Shown piece by piece: positions 9,645-18,156 of a stretch of DNA of 64,000 nt. Source of the stretch: an uncultured Candidatus Thioglobus sp. (GTDB taxonomy: Bacteria; Pseudomonadota; Gammaproteobacteria; PS1; Pseudothioglobaceae); the NCBI GenBank assembly GCA_964577715.1, contig CAZOAA010000001.1, positions 13,396 to 77,395 of the forward strand. The letters run 5' to 3'. Under the pieces are notes generated by a model, which did not search any database, had not been told where the DNA came from, and saw only the letters and a list, made by a program, of their open reading frames with translations. The translations under genes were made by a program, and so were the position numbers. Positions within the stretch are counted from its first letter, which is position 1. Each line of letters opens with the position of its first letter.

Positions 9645-9730
9645 ATGTCAAAATATTTAAAAGCAAATAGTGATTATTGGAGTCAGGCGGTTTATGATAA
9701 TCCAAACCCTGAGTCATATGTATTTAGAAT
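9645..9730 (+). pseudogene. 5' fragment (28 codons + 2 nt) of an IS-disrupted class I SAM-methyltransferase
   Basis: ATG 9645: MSKYLKANSDYWSQAVYDNPNPESYVFR, then the IS left end. The frame continues perfectly at 10475. Confidence 0.75.
9723..9730. repeat. Target-site duplication, left copy (TTTAGAAT)
   Basis: The identical 8-mer directly abuts the other IS end at 10467..10474. Confidence 0.85.
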
Positions 9731-9752
9731 GGGTCAAGATAACTTTAGAGGT
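9731..9752. repeat. IS terminal inverted repeat at the left window-side end (contains the transposase stop codon)
   Basis: See the mobile_element entry. 21/22 match to the reverse complement of 10445..10466. Confidence 0.85.
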
Positions 9753-10420
9753 TCATCTCTAAATATTTTAAGCAAATTTTGATACATATCTTCACCTCTA
9801 TTATTAAACCTAAATTCACATTCTTTTAGGTGTAAATTAAACATCTTTTTATCCATACCTTTAAACTTTACTAACCTTGTTTTGGCATAACCCCAGAATG
9901 ATTCAATTCCATTAATATGAGAGTTTCCTCTCACAAACTCATTCTTCCCATGGTGCACTCTAAAGTGCTTCTTATAGCCAAAATCTACTAAACCATTATA
10001 CCCACGCCAACCATCGGAATGAATAACACTACCAACATCAACTTTGCCCTTGATAACCTTCTGCAGCACAGCTGCAGAGCAATCAGGGACAATTTCAGTA
10101 TAAACCTTACCTTGTCTTTTTAACAAACCAAACACTATGGTTTTACCTCTGGCGCCACGGCCGCGTTTTCCGCGGACGCGCCGTGCACCAAAATAACTTT
10201 CATCAATTTCAATCTCACCTTTGAGTGGTGACTGATCTTGACAATACAAAAATATTCTAGACCTAATAGCTGTTAAATATTTGTTAATACTTGGTCTAGA
10301 TATTTTTGTTAAATGAGAGATTTGAGTTGCACTCAAATCCTCAGAAAACAAGTAAATTATTTCTCTAAATTTCTTCTCAGAAATGTGAGAACGAATTACA
10401 TACTTGTTTTTCATTGGCAT
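9734..10420 (-). CDS. IS1595-family (ISXO2-like) DDE transposase
   Basis: 228 aa. N-terminal HTH-like LSATQISHLTKISRPSINKYL, GRG-rich RVRGKRGRGARGK linker, HSDGWRGY and NGIESFWGYAKTRL motifs typical of IS1595 DDE transposases. Confidence 0.85.
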   Translation of the reverse strand: MPMKNKYVIRSHISEKKFREIIYLFSEDLSATQISHLTKISRPSINKYLTAIRSRIFLYCQDQSPLKGEIEIDESYFGARRVRGKRGRGARGKTIVFGLLKRQGKVYTEIVPDCSAAVLQKVIKGKVDVGSVIHSDGWRGYNGLVDFGYKKHFRVHHGKNEFVRGNSHINGIESFWGYAKTRLVKFKGMDKKMFNLHLKECEFRFNNRGEDMYQNLLKIFRDEPLKLS

Positions 10421-10444
10421 AGCAACATATTATCATGTTTTTAT

Positions 10445-10466
10445 ACCTCTAAAGTTATCTAGACCC
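10445..10466. repeat. IS terminal inverted repeat at the right window-side end
   Basis: See the mobile_element entry. Confidence 0.85.
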
Positions 10467-10474
10467 TTTAGAAT
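10467..10474. repeat. Target-site duplication, right copy (TTTAGAAT)
   Basis: Identical to 9723..9730. Confidence 0.85.
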
Positions 10475-11108
10475 ATATGGCCGTATTTTAAATTATCAGT
10501 TTGGCCTGAATGGAAAGAGAAATGATAATGTTCTTGATTTTGGTTGCGGTTCTGGGGGTAATTCTACATTTTTTGACTCTAAAGGTTTTAATGTTTTTGG
10601 TGTAGATCAAAGTGCTGGTGACATTGAAAGGTGTCACAAACGCTTACCAAATAAAGTCAATCAATTCAAAACTATAAGTCCAGAATGCTCTCAAGATGAT
10701 ATCTGGTTTCCTAGAGTAAAATTTAAAATTATTACTTCGTTCCAGGTTTTGTACTATCTCAATGATACAGATCTACAGAGAAGGCTTACATCGTTATACA
10801 ATATGCTTGAACCTGGCGGTATTTTTATTGCAACTATGATGCATACTAGCTCTTGGTATTATGGCATGAGTCATCCATCTGAAGATGGAATGAGGTTTGT
10901 CAAATTTTATCGTGAACAAGATGTTGGTAGGGGTAATCTTTCTATGAATGATCACTATATAAATTTTACTAATGATGAAAAAGATTTAATTGAAAAATTT
11001 AAAATCTTTCTCCCTCTGCATACCAAAGGTTATTATGATGGAGTGTATAGAGATGATCAAGGCTCTGAGAAGCATCTAGTTTTTATTGGTCAAAAACCCA
11101 AGATTTGA
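10475..11108 (+). pseudogene. 3' part of the IS-disrupted class I SAM-methyltransferase
   Basis: The track ORF 10404..11108 borrows its first 21 codons from IS sequence. From FRIYGRILNYQ onward it continues the 9645 fragment. SAM motif I VLDFGCGSGGN and post-I LEPGGIFIA are present. Joining 9645..9730 to 10475..11108 gives 720 nt, i.e. 239 aa plus stop. Confidence 0.8.
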
Positions 11109-11884
11109 AAAAAAATCAGAACCCCATAAGATTGATTGCTAGAATCGATGTTAGGAATGGCTATCATATTAAAACTATCAATGGTGAAGGGGTTAAGAAA
11201 CTACGAACAATTGAGGAGTCATTGGAGCGTTTCACAAAAGGTGTTAATGAGCATGATGAAATTCTTTTAATTGATGCTGTATCCTCTCTTTATGGTTTTG
11301 ATAATTGGTTAATTCGGCAGGATAATAAACATATGTATTGTCCAATACCTTTTTCTATTGGTGGTGGAGTGGCATCTGTTGATATGGCCATTTCCACTTT
11401 AGAAAAAGGTGCAGATAAAATTGTAGTTAATACTGCTGCCATTGCAAAGCCAAAATTATTATCAGATATTTCGAATATTTGTGGCAGGCAAGCAGTTGTG
11501 CTTCAGATTGATACAAGAAAAATTAATAACATTTATAGGTGTTTTATCAATGGATCGCGAGAGCTTTCCAATCTTACTGTGGAAAATTGGTTGCAGCAGG
11601 CCCAGGATAATGGGGTTGGTGAAATCCATGTAACTTGCATTAATTCTGAGGGTGTAGACGCTACTTTCCCTGATGATCTTGCAGATTTGTGCAGATCTAA
11701 TACACAACTCCCTTTGATTGTATCTGGAGGTATTAGAAGCGCCTTGGATATGAAAAATCTTAGATTAAAATTTGAAATTAATGCTTTCAGTTTTTCTTCG
11801 ATTACTAACCATTTGGGCCTAACCGTTGAACAAATCAGGCGCGACCTTTTGACGCTTGGAGAGAGTGTAAGGTGTCCACATTAG
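11105..11884 (+). CDS. wbuZ: HisF-like cyclase subunit of a glycosyl amidation system (WbuZ-type)
   Basis: HisF-type (beta/alpha)8 phosphate-binding motifs FSIGGGV and VSGGIRS. Followed by a HisH-like protein and an N-acetyl-sugar amidotransferase. Confidence 0.75.
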   Translation: MKKNQNPIRLIARIDVRNGYHIKTINGEGVKKLRTIEESLERFTKGVNEHDEILLIDAVSSLYGFDNWLIRQDNKHMYCPIPFSIGGGVASVDMAISTLEKGADKIVVNTAAIAKPKLLSDISNICGRQAVVLQIDTRKINNIYRCFINGSRELSNLTVENWLQQAQDNGVGEIHVTCINSEGVDATFPDDLADLCRSNTQLPLIVSGGIRSALDMKNLRLKFEINAFSFSSITNHLGLTVEQIRRDLLTLGESVRCPH

Positions 11885-12513
11885 TACATATTGTAAAACT
11901 TAAAAGTTCAAACTACAGATCTGTACAACAGGCGGTTATCGCAGGGGGAGGCGGAGTTACGCCAAAAATAATTGAAATAATTGAATTAAAAGATAGTTCA
12001 ATTTTAATTATTCCTGGAATTGGGAATATGGCTTCATTGGTAAGTGAAGTAAGTGAAAATCTTGATATAGAGCGGATTAGAAATTATATTATTTCTCATA
12101 ATATTAAGGTGATTGGGATTTGCTTAGGATTTCAATGGTTGTGCTCCAAGTCTTTTGAAAGCGAGCATTCTAAGTGTTTAAATTTAATTAATTGTACAGT
12201 TGAGTCGATCTTTACTCCAACAATGCCTTCTTTAGGATGGAAGAGGCTTAAAGAGTCTATTTTCAATAAAAATACTAGCTCATTATCGAATTATATTAAA
12301 GGTAAAGATTTCTATTTAACTCACTCTTTTGGGGTAGGCGATTTAGAGCTGAAGGGTGCAGAAGTTTATGTGTATTCTTCTGATGAAGCTAATAATTTGG
12401 TAGCTGCCGTTATAAGTAAAAATATTATTGGTTATCAGTTTCATCCTGAAAAGAGTGGCCAACACGGTGTAAAATTACTTCAGAAACCAATCTTATATTT
12501 GGAGAGTAATTGA
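11872..12513 (+). CDS. wbuY: HisH-like class I glutamine amidotransferase subunit (WbuY-type)
   Basis: Nucleophile elbow GICLGFQWL and C-terminal FHPEKS (His-Glu of the triad). Confidence 0.75.
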   Translation: MSTLVHIVKLKSSNYRSVQQAVIAGGGGVTPKIIEIIELKDSSILIIPGIGNMASLVSEVSENLDIERIRNYIISHNIKVIGICLGFQWLCSKSFESEHSKCLNLINCTVESIFTPTMPSLGWKRLKESIFNKNTSSLSNYIKGKDFYLTHSFGVGDLELKGAEVYVYSSDEANNLVAAVISKNIIGYQFHPEKSGQHGVKLLQKPILYLESN

Positions 12514-13742
12514 TAGTGAATAATTTACCTAAGGCGCCACCTTCTAAAACCGTTATCTTCTGTAAAACTTGTGTAATCTCAAATCAAAAACCTGTTTCAT
12601 CAATTGAATCTTCTCACTCGCAAGGAGATATAAAGAAAACGGTAAACTTTAAAGATGGAATTTGTGATGCTTGCCACTGGGCTAAAATTAAAGATCAAGA
12701 TATTGATTGGCAAGCTAGAGAGAGTGAATTAAAGAAACTACTTGACAAGCATAGAAAAAATAATGGTGAATATGATGTAATTGTCCCAGCTAGTGGGGGT
12801 AAGGATTCAATGTATGTGGCTCATATGTTGAAAGAAAAGTATAATATGAACCCTTTAACTGTAACATGGAAGCCCCATGTTTTTACACCTATTGGATTTG
12901 AAAACTTTATGAGTTTAATAGATAGTGGCCAAAGCAATCTAATGTTTTCTCCCCCTGGAGATATACAAAGGAGATTAACCTCTCTAGCATTTAAGAATCT
13001 AGGCCATCCATTTCAACCTTTTATTGTTGGACAAAGAGTTGTTGGTCCTAAGGCAGCACTAATGAACAATGTTAAGCTGGTCTTTTATGGTGAGAATGTT
13101 GCTGAATATGGTAATCAAATTAAAGATAATTACAGCCCCATTATGGATCCAGAGCTTTACACTTGTTTTAACCATGATAAAGATACTTTAGATTTATTTA
13201 AACTATCTGGTATTACTTTGAAAGACCTTATTGATAAACATGATTTCTCAATCAGTGATTTTGAGTCATATAAATCGCCATCATTGCTTGAAGTTGAGTC
13301 TGCAGGGATTCAAGTTCATTATATGTCTTATTATAAAAAATGGAATCCACAAGAAAACTATTATTATTCGGTTCAATATACAGGATTTAAGGCTAGTGAT
13401 AGGCGCAAAGATGGTAGTTACTCCAAGTACGCAGGAATTGATGATATTATGGAAGACTTGCATTTTTATATGCAAGTAATCAAGTTTGGTATGGGTAGAT
13501 GCACATGGGATGCTGCACAAGAAGTTAGGTCGGGTATGCTTGAAAGGCATGAAGAAGTGGCTTTGGTATCTAAGTATGATCAAGAGCAGCCAACTCAGTA
13601 TTTTCAAGAAATTCTTGAATATTTAAATATTTCTGAAAGTGAGTTTTGGTCAGTGATTGATTTTTTTAGACCTGAACATCTTTGGAGAGAGTTAGATGAT
13701 GGTAGTTTTTCTCTTAAACATCCTATAAGGTATGATACCTGA
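12510..13742 (+). CDS. wbuX: N-acetyl sugar amidotransferase (WbuX/PseA/LfnA-type PP-loop ATPase)
   Basis: N-terminal Cys pairs (CKTC..., CDAC), PP-loop VPASGGKDS, about 410 aa. Forms the canonical partnership with the HisH/HisF-like pair. Confidence 0.78.
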   Translation: MIVNNLPKAPPSKTVIFCKTCVISNQKPVSSIESSHSQGDIKKTVNFKDGICDACHWAKIKDQDIDWQARESELKKLLDKHRKNNGEYDVIVPASGGKDSMYVAHMLKEKYNMNPLTVTWKPHVFTPIGFENFMSLIDSGQSNLMFSPPGDIQRRLTSLAFKNLGHPFQPFIVGQRVVGPKAALMNNVKLVFYGENVAEYGNQIKDNYSPIMDPELYTCFNHDKDTLDLFKLSGITLKDLIDKHDFSISDFESYKSPSLLEVESAGIQVHYMSYYKKWNPQENYYYSVQYTGFKASDRRKDGSYSKYAGIDDIMEDLHFYMQVIKFGMGRCTWDAAQEVRSGMLERHEEVALVSKYDQEQPTQYFQEILEYLNISESEFWSVIDFFRPEHLWRELDDGSFSLKHPIRYDT

Positions 13743-13790
13743 CCCTTGTATTGGAAAATTCTATAATAGATTACATTTTTAATATTTAAT

Positions 13791-14579
13791 ATGACTACAT
13801 TTAAAAAACATCAACAATTCAAAGAGAAGTGCTTTTCAGAAATAAAAAAACAAGGAGAAGATGATGATTTATTGAATTCAACATCTATTTGGTTTGAAAA
13901 AGCAAACAGGTTGAATTATTCATATCACTTTGAATCTTTAGGACGCCCAATAATTCAATATCCACAAGATATGATTGCAATGCAAGAGTTAATATGGAAG
14001 GTTAAGCCCGATCTGATTATTGAAACAGGAATTGCGCATGGAGGGTCTTTAATTATGAGCGCATCCATGTTGGCAACATTGGATATGTGTGACGCGATTG
14101 AATCTGGAGAGACTTTTAACCCTATAGAATCAAAGCGAAAAGTTTTGGGTGTTGATATAGATATTCGTGCACATAATCGAAAAGCAATTGAGATGCACCC
14201 AATGTCGTCCCGTATTCAAATGATTCAAGGTTCTAGTATCGAATCAGAGACCATCGAACAAGTGTACCAGGTTGCAAAAAAATATAAACGCATTCTTGTG
14301 TGCCTTGACTCAAACCACACTCATGATCACGTACTAGCCGAACTCAAGGCATACGCTTTGTTGACAAGTATAGATAGTTACTGTGTAGTCTTTGATACAA
14401 TTATTGAGGATATGCCTGACAATATGTTTTTAAATAGGAAATGGTCTCAAGGTAACAATCCAAAGACTGCAGTATGGGAATATTTAAAAACTTGTTCAGA
14501 GTTTAAGATTGATAAAAGCATGCAAAATAAGTTGCTAATCACTGTGGCGCCAGATGGATATTTAAAGCGTGTAAAGTAA
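13791..14579 (+). CDS. CmcI (cephalosporin hydroxylase) family SAM-dependent O-methyltransferase
   Basis: LGRPIIQYPQDMIAMQELIWKVKPDLIIETGIAHGGS ... VLGVDIDIR matches the CmcI-family signature. Confidence 0.72.
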   Translation: MTTFKKHQQFKEKCFSEIKKQGEDDDLLNSTSIWFEKANRLNYSYHFESLGRPIIQYPQDMIAMQELIWKVKPDLIIETGIAHGGSLIMSASMLATLDMCDAIESGETFNPIESKRKVLGVDIDIRAHNRKAIEMHPMSSRIQMIQGSSIESETIEQVYQVAKKYKRILVCLDSNHTHDHVLAELKAYALLTSIDSYCVVFDTIIEDMPDNMFLNRKWSQGNNPKTAVWEYLKTCSEFKIDKSMQNKLLITVAPDGYLKRVK

Positions 14580-14586
14580 TATTAAA

Positions 14587-15591
14587 ATGAAGAATTTTAC
14601 AATATTGATACCTGTATACCATCAATATGAAAAGCTTTATAGGTTATTGAGTTTTTTAAAGGGTTTTAAAGAGAGTTTTGAGGTTATTATCCTTGATTCT
14701 AGTGTTAGAAAGGCTGAGGTTAGTTTTGATATTGATTTTAAATACTTGTCTTTTGATAGTGATACACCATTAATAGAAAAAATATACCAAGGCTTGGATT
14801 TCGTTAAAACAGAATATTCGGTTTTGTGCGCAGATGATGATTTTATCATGCCCTCTGCTGTGATGGAGTGTGTTGACTTTTTAAGTTTGAACAAAGACTA
14901 TGTTGTAGCTCATGGCCAGTATATTTCCTTTTTAACAACTACAATTAATGAAAAGGAAAAATTTTTCTGGGGGAAGAGGTATGACACTCCCTCTAACGAA
15001 GAAAACAACCCAATTTTACGAATTGAAAAATATTATAGCATCCCCATGTCTCCAAATTTTTACGGTGTATATCGTACTGTAGACCATAAAACTATAATGA
15101 AAATAACTAGAAAATCTGGTTATGATATAAGGTTTGAAGAGAGGCTGCAGGCATCTGTAGCTTTGCTTATTGGGAAAGAGAAAAGATTAGATTCTTTTTA
15201 CTATTCAAGAGAAAAGGTTAAAGAAAAAAAAATAATAGATGACATGGATAGTTATGTCAAATATAAAACTTTTGATGAAAAATATCAAAATTATAAAGCT
15301 GTTTTAGTAGATTTTATCAAGTCTAATAATTATTCTATGGCCAATGATTTTAACAATCAAATCGATGATATTTTTTTCGATTTTGTGGAAAAATTAACTG
15401 CTAGAAATAAAAAATCTCTTTCTTCCTTGGTTAAGGGGGTGATTATAAATACCACCCCATTATATAAATTTATTAATTTTGTGTTAAGAAGAAAGGACTT
15501 GTACGAAAGAACTATGTTGTCTGATGGTGAAATGTGTGACAAGTACAGAGATGTGCTTAAAGTGAAAACGCATTCCTTGGAAAAAAAGTAA
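14587..15591 (+). CDS. GT2-like glycosyltransferase domain protein
   Basis: FTILIPVYH ... VIILDSS ... CADDDF (DxD-like) in the N-terminal 100 aa. Confidence 0.5.
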   Translation: MKNFTILIPVYHQYEKLYRLLSFLKGFKESFEVIILDSSVRKAEVSFDIDFKYLSFDSDTPLIEKIYQGLDFVKTEYSVLCADDDFIMPSAVMECVDFLSLNKDYVVAHGQYISFLTTTINEKEKFFWGKRYDTPSNEENNPILRIEKYYSIPMSPNFYGVYRTVDHKTIMKITRKSGYDIRFEERLQASVALLIGKEKRLDSFYYSREKVKEKKIIDDMDSYVKYKTFDEKYQNYKAVLVDFIKSNNYSMANDFNNQIDDIFFDFVEKLTARNKKSLSSLVKGVIINTTPLYKFINFVLRRKDLYERTMLSDGEMCDKYRDVLKVKTHSLEKK

Positions 15592-15603
15592 ATTTTTGAC
15601 ATT

Positions 15604-17244
15604 ATGGAAAAATGTAATATCTTTATTTTTAGAGGCAAATGCACATTTTTTTTGAAAATATATAGCCGTATATCTAAAAATAAGATCTATTCATGGAATA
15701 AATGCAGATCTATAAAAAAAATACCTTATAGTCACTCCTGTTCTTTCTTCTCTAATAAGGAAAAGGCAAGGCGTATTTTTAATAATTATTTTGAAAATAA
15801 TATGCCTAATAAGGAGTGCCTATCTACTCAGTATATTAAAAAAATGCTGATTAGTGATTTTGATGAATATTATTCATTTACAGCGCAAGTACTGCAAATG
15901 AATAAGAAAATATATAAGATAATTGGCGCTGGAATATTTAAAAATATTTATGATAATAGAAAGATAAAAACAAGCTATTTTTTAATATTTGGATATACTG
16001 TTGCCATAGTTAAGATGTCCCTTGTCTTTTTGAGACTTTACCTCTTGTGTTATATGCAAAAAAGCAGTATTAAGGTTGGAGATGTTGTGTATTTAAGAAG
16101 AAAAGCTCTTCCAGATGCTTTTTTAAATTCTCATAAATTTTTTATAAAAAACAAAGTTTCATTTTCAGGTGTAATTTTTGATTTCAGCAACTCTATATCT
16201 AAATACGATCTTTATTTTTTAAGTAGTTTTGTAAATTCTTTTGCGGCATTGAAAAAAGCAGCAAGAATAGTTGTTAGATCTATTTTAAAAGATACAACTA
16301 CTTTTTATGCTTTATCAGTCTCTACCAGACAGTATTATAATTTTTTAAGGGAAACACTTTATGTTAATACTTTGTTAGAATTAAAGCCAAAGGTTATATA
16401 TGGATCTTTGACAGACCGACCTTACGGTGTTCTTTTGTATAAACATAAAAAACCTTTTCAAAAAATATGCATGCATAGTGATGGGTTTTATTTTGATCCG
16501 TTACCGGGCCCAGAATATGTGTATGCGGATGTATTTTATGGAATGAATGAGTTGGACTGTAATAATATAAACCGCCATGGCGGCGGTATTTTAAAAATAA
16601 TAGATGCAGGGTTTTATCGAAAAACTATTAGGGCTAAGTCTAAAGGGGTGCATAAAGATTTAAAAAGGTTGATTTTTGAATTTGAGCATATTGTGGTTAT
16701 TACCTTGGCAACGGTTAGAGTTAACAAGTATTTTCCAATTGATTTGGCATACTTTAAAGATTTTATTCTTGAAATAATAGAGCAAACAAGTGTTTTTGAT
16801 AAATCCCTCTTTATTCTAAAAGGAAAAAAGGGTGAGATAGAGTTGATTCCAGATGAATATGCTAAATTTTTATCACAAAAGGAAAATGTATACATAGTCC
16901 CATGTGATGTGCCATATTTGCTCGAGTACAATCATTATGAGGATCTTATTGATTATGCAGATTTAGTTGTATCTATGCACTATGCTTCTATGACAGTGTG
17001 GCAGTCAATAGCAAGTGAAATACCTACTATAGGATATAACTATTGTAATGATATAACTGAATTTTCAAACTCTCCATATTTTATTGTTAATAAGGGTGGG
17101 TTACTACAAGCAATTAAATATTGGAAGGGTTTGGATGAATGCACAAAAAAACATTTTTTCCAAAATATTAAAGGAAAGGCAAACTTACATCGCAAAGATG
17201 CGTTACACGATATGTATTCAAGCCTCTCTTCTATGGTTGGCTGA
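15604..17244 (+). CDS. Hypothetical protein; orphan TagF/KpsC-like transferase candidate
   Basis: 546 aa with no strong motif. C-terminal YADLVVSMHYASMTVWQSIASEIPTIGY resembles the terminal GT-B motif shared with the ORFs at 2, 27238 and 43086. Confidence 0.3.
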   Translation: MEKCNIFIFRGKCTFFLKIYSRISKNKIYSWNKCRSIKKIPYSHSCSFFSNKEKARRIFNNYFENNMPNKECLSTQYIKKMLISDFDEYYSFTAQVLQMNKKIYKIIGAGIFKNIYDNRKIKTSYFLIFGYTVAIVKMSLVFLRLYLLCYMQKSSIKVGDVVYLRRKALPDAFLNSHKFFIKNKVSFSGVIFDFSNSISKYDLYFLSSFVNSFAALKKAARIVVRSILKDTTTFYALSVSTRQYYNFLRETLYVNTLLELKPKVIYGSLTDRPYGVLLYKHKKPFQKICMHSDGFYFDPLPGPEYVYADVFYGMNELDCNNINRHGGGILKIIDAGFYRKTIRAKSKGVHKDLKRLIFEFEHIVVITLATVRVNKYFPIDLAYFKDFILEIIEQTSVFDKSLFILKGKKGEIELIPDEYAKFLSQKENVYIVPCDVPYLLEYNHYEDLIDYADLVVSMHYASMTVWQSIASEIPTIGYNYCNDITEFSNSPYFIVNKGGLLQAIKYWKGLDECTKKHFFQNIKGKANLHRKDALHDMYSSLSSMVG

Positions 17245-18146
17245 TGCGAGTGAATATTTTTTATAGAAAAATGGTAAATGTATTGTATTCTTTCAAAGAC
17301 TCGTTTTTTCTTTATAAAATTATATTGAAGTCTTTTTTTGGAGGGGGGGGGAGTAAGATAATTGTTACATCCATTCCAAAGTCTGGCACGCATTTAATTG
17401 AAAAGTTATTGGTTGATTTTTTTAGTTTTATTAAATTTGGTGATGGTATTAATAGAATGCATTATCCAAATAATGAGGGAAGGTTTAATAAAGTAAGAAA
17501 GAAAATCTCCCTCCTTCCTCGATCATGTTTTATTTCAAGTCATTTATTTTATGATGCTGAAATTGGCGAATTGATGGCCAAAAAAGATATAAAAATAATT
17601 TTAATGATTCGAGATCCGAGAGATATTGTTGCTTCAGCTGCAAGATACATCACTGAAAGTTCACATCCTTATTCTCCTCATTTTACAAATAAGTCGAAAG
17701 AAGAAGTTATAGAGATGATTATAACTGGAATTACAGGTCCAATATTAATGCACAGACCTAAAGATCCAAGTATGAGAGCTGAATATACTACGAACCATAA
17801 CATGTTTAGTGGTATTTTAGAAGCATACCGAAGGTTTTTACTGTGGAGTGAAGTTGGTGATGCTTTAGTAGTAAAATTTGAAGATCTTGTCGGGACTTCT
17901 GGAGGTGGTGACATAGGAAGGCAGCGAAAAATAATTTACAAAATAGCTAAATTGTGCAAGAGTCATGTGTCTGATAGTGATATGAGTAATATTATTGACA
18001 ATCTGTTCGGAGGAACGTCAACCTTTAGAAGGGGTAGAATCAACACCTGGAGTGATGAATTTACAGAAAAAAATAAAAAAACTTTTAAAATCAATACTGG
18101 AAGTTTACTTGTTGATTTGGGTTATGAAAAAGACAATAGATGGTGA
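17244..18146 (+). CDS. PAPS-dependent sulfotransferase
   Basis: 5'-PSB loop SIPKSGTHL and 3'-PB motif MIRDPRDIVAS. TGATG junction with the upstream ORF. Confidence 0.8.
   Translation: MRVNIFYRKMVNVLYSFKDSFFLYKIILKSFFGGGGSKIIVTSIPKSGTHLIEKLLVDFFSFIKFGDGINRMHYPNNEGRFNKVRKKISLLPRSCFISSHLFYDAEIGELMAKKDIKIILMIRDPRDIVASAARYITESSHPYSPHFTNKSKEEVIEMIITGITGPILMHRPKDPSMRAEYTTNHNMFSGILEAYRRFLLWSEVGDALVVKFEDLVGTSGGGDIGRQRKIIYKIAKLCKSHVSDSDMSNIIDNLFGGTSTFRRGRINTWSDEFTEKNKKTFKINTGSLLVDLGYEKDNRW
17343..17351 (+). repeat. Poly-G tract (G9) inside the sulfotransferase CDS
   Basis: gga ggg ggg ggg agt encodes GGGGS, lying between the start codon and the PAPS-binding loop. It is the longest G/C homopolymer I found in the window. 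Confidence 0.9.
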
Positions 18147-18156
18147 TCGGTAAAGA

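Larger units (their letters stand above)
9731..10466 (-). mobile_element. IS1595-family insertion sequence (736 bp)
   Basis: The 22-bp terminal inverted repeats match at 21/22 positions: GGGTCAAGATAACTTTAGAGGT (9731..9752) versus the reverse complement of 10445..10466, GGGTCTAGATAACTTTAGAGGT. There is an 8-bp direct repeat on both sides and a single transposase ORF filling the element. Confidence 0.88.

Noticed and set aside
11442-11633. Short same-strand alternate-frame ORFs: 11442, 13231, 17084, 34809, 42429, 45712, 50950, 55864 and 58138.
   Set aside because: They are embedded out of frame in longer CDSs with strong motifs, and they show the composition-biased sequence expected by chance in AT-rich DNA.
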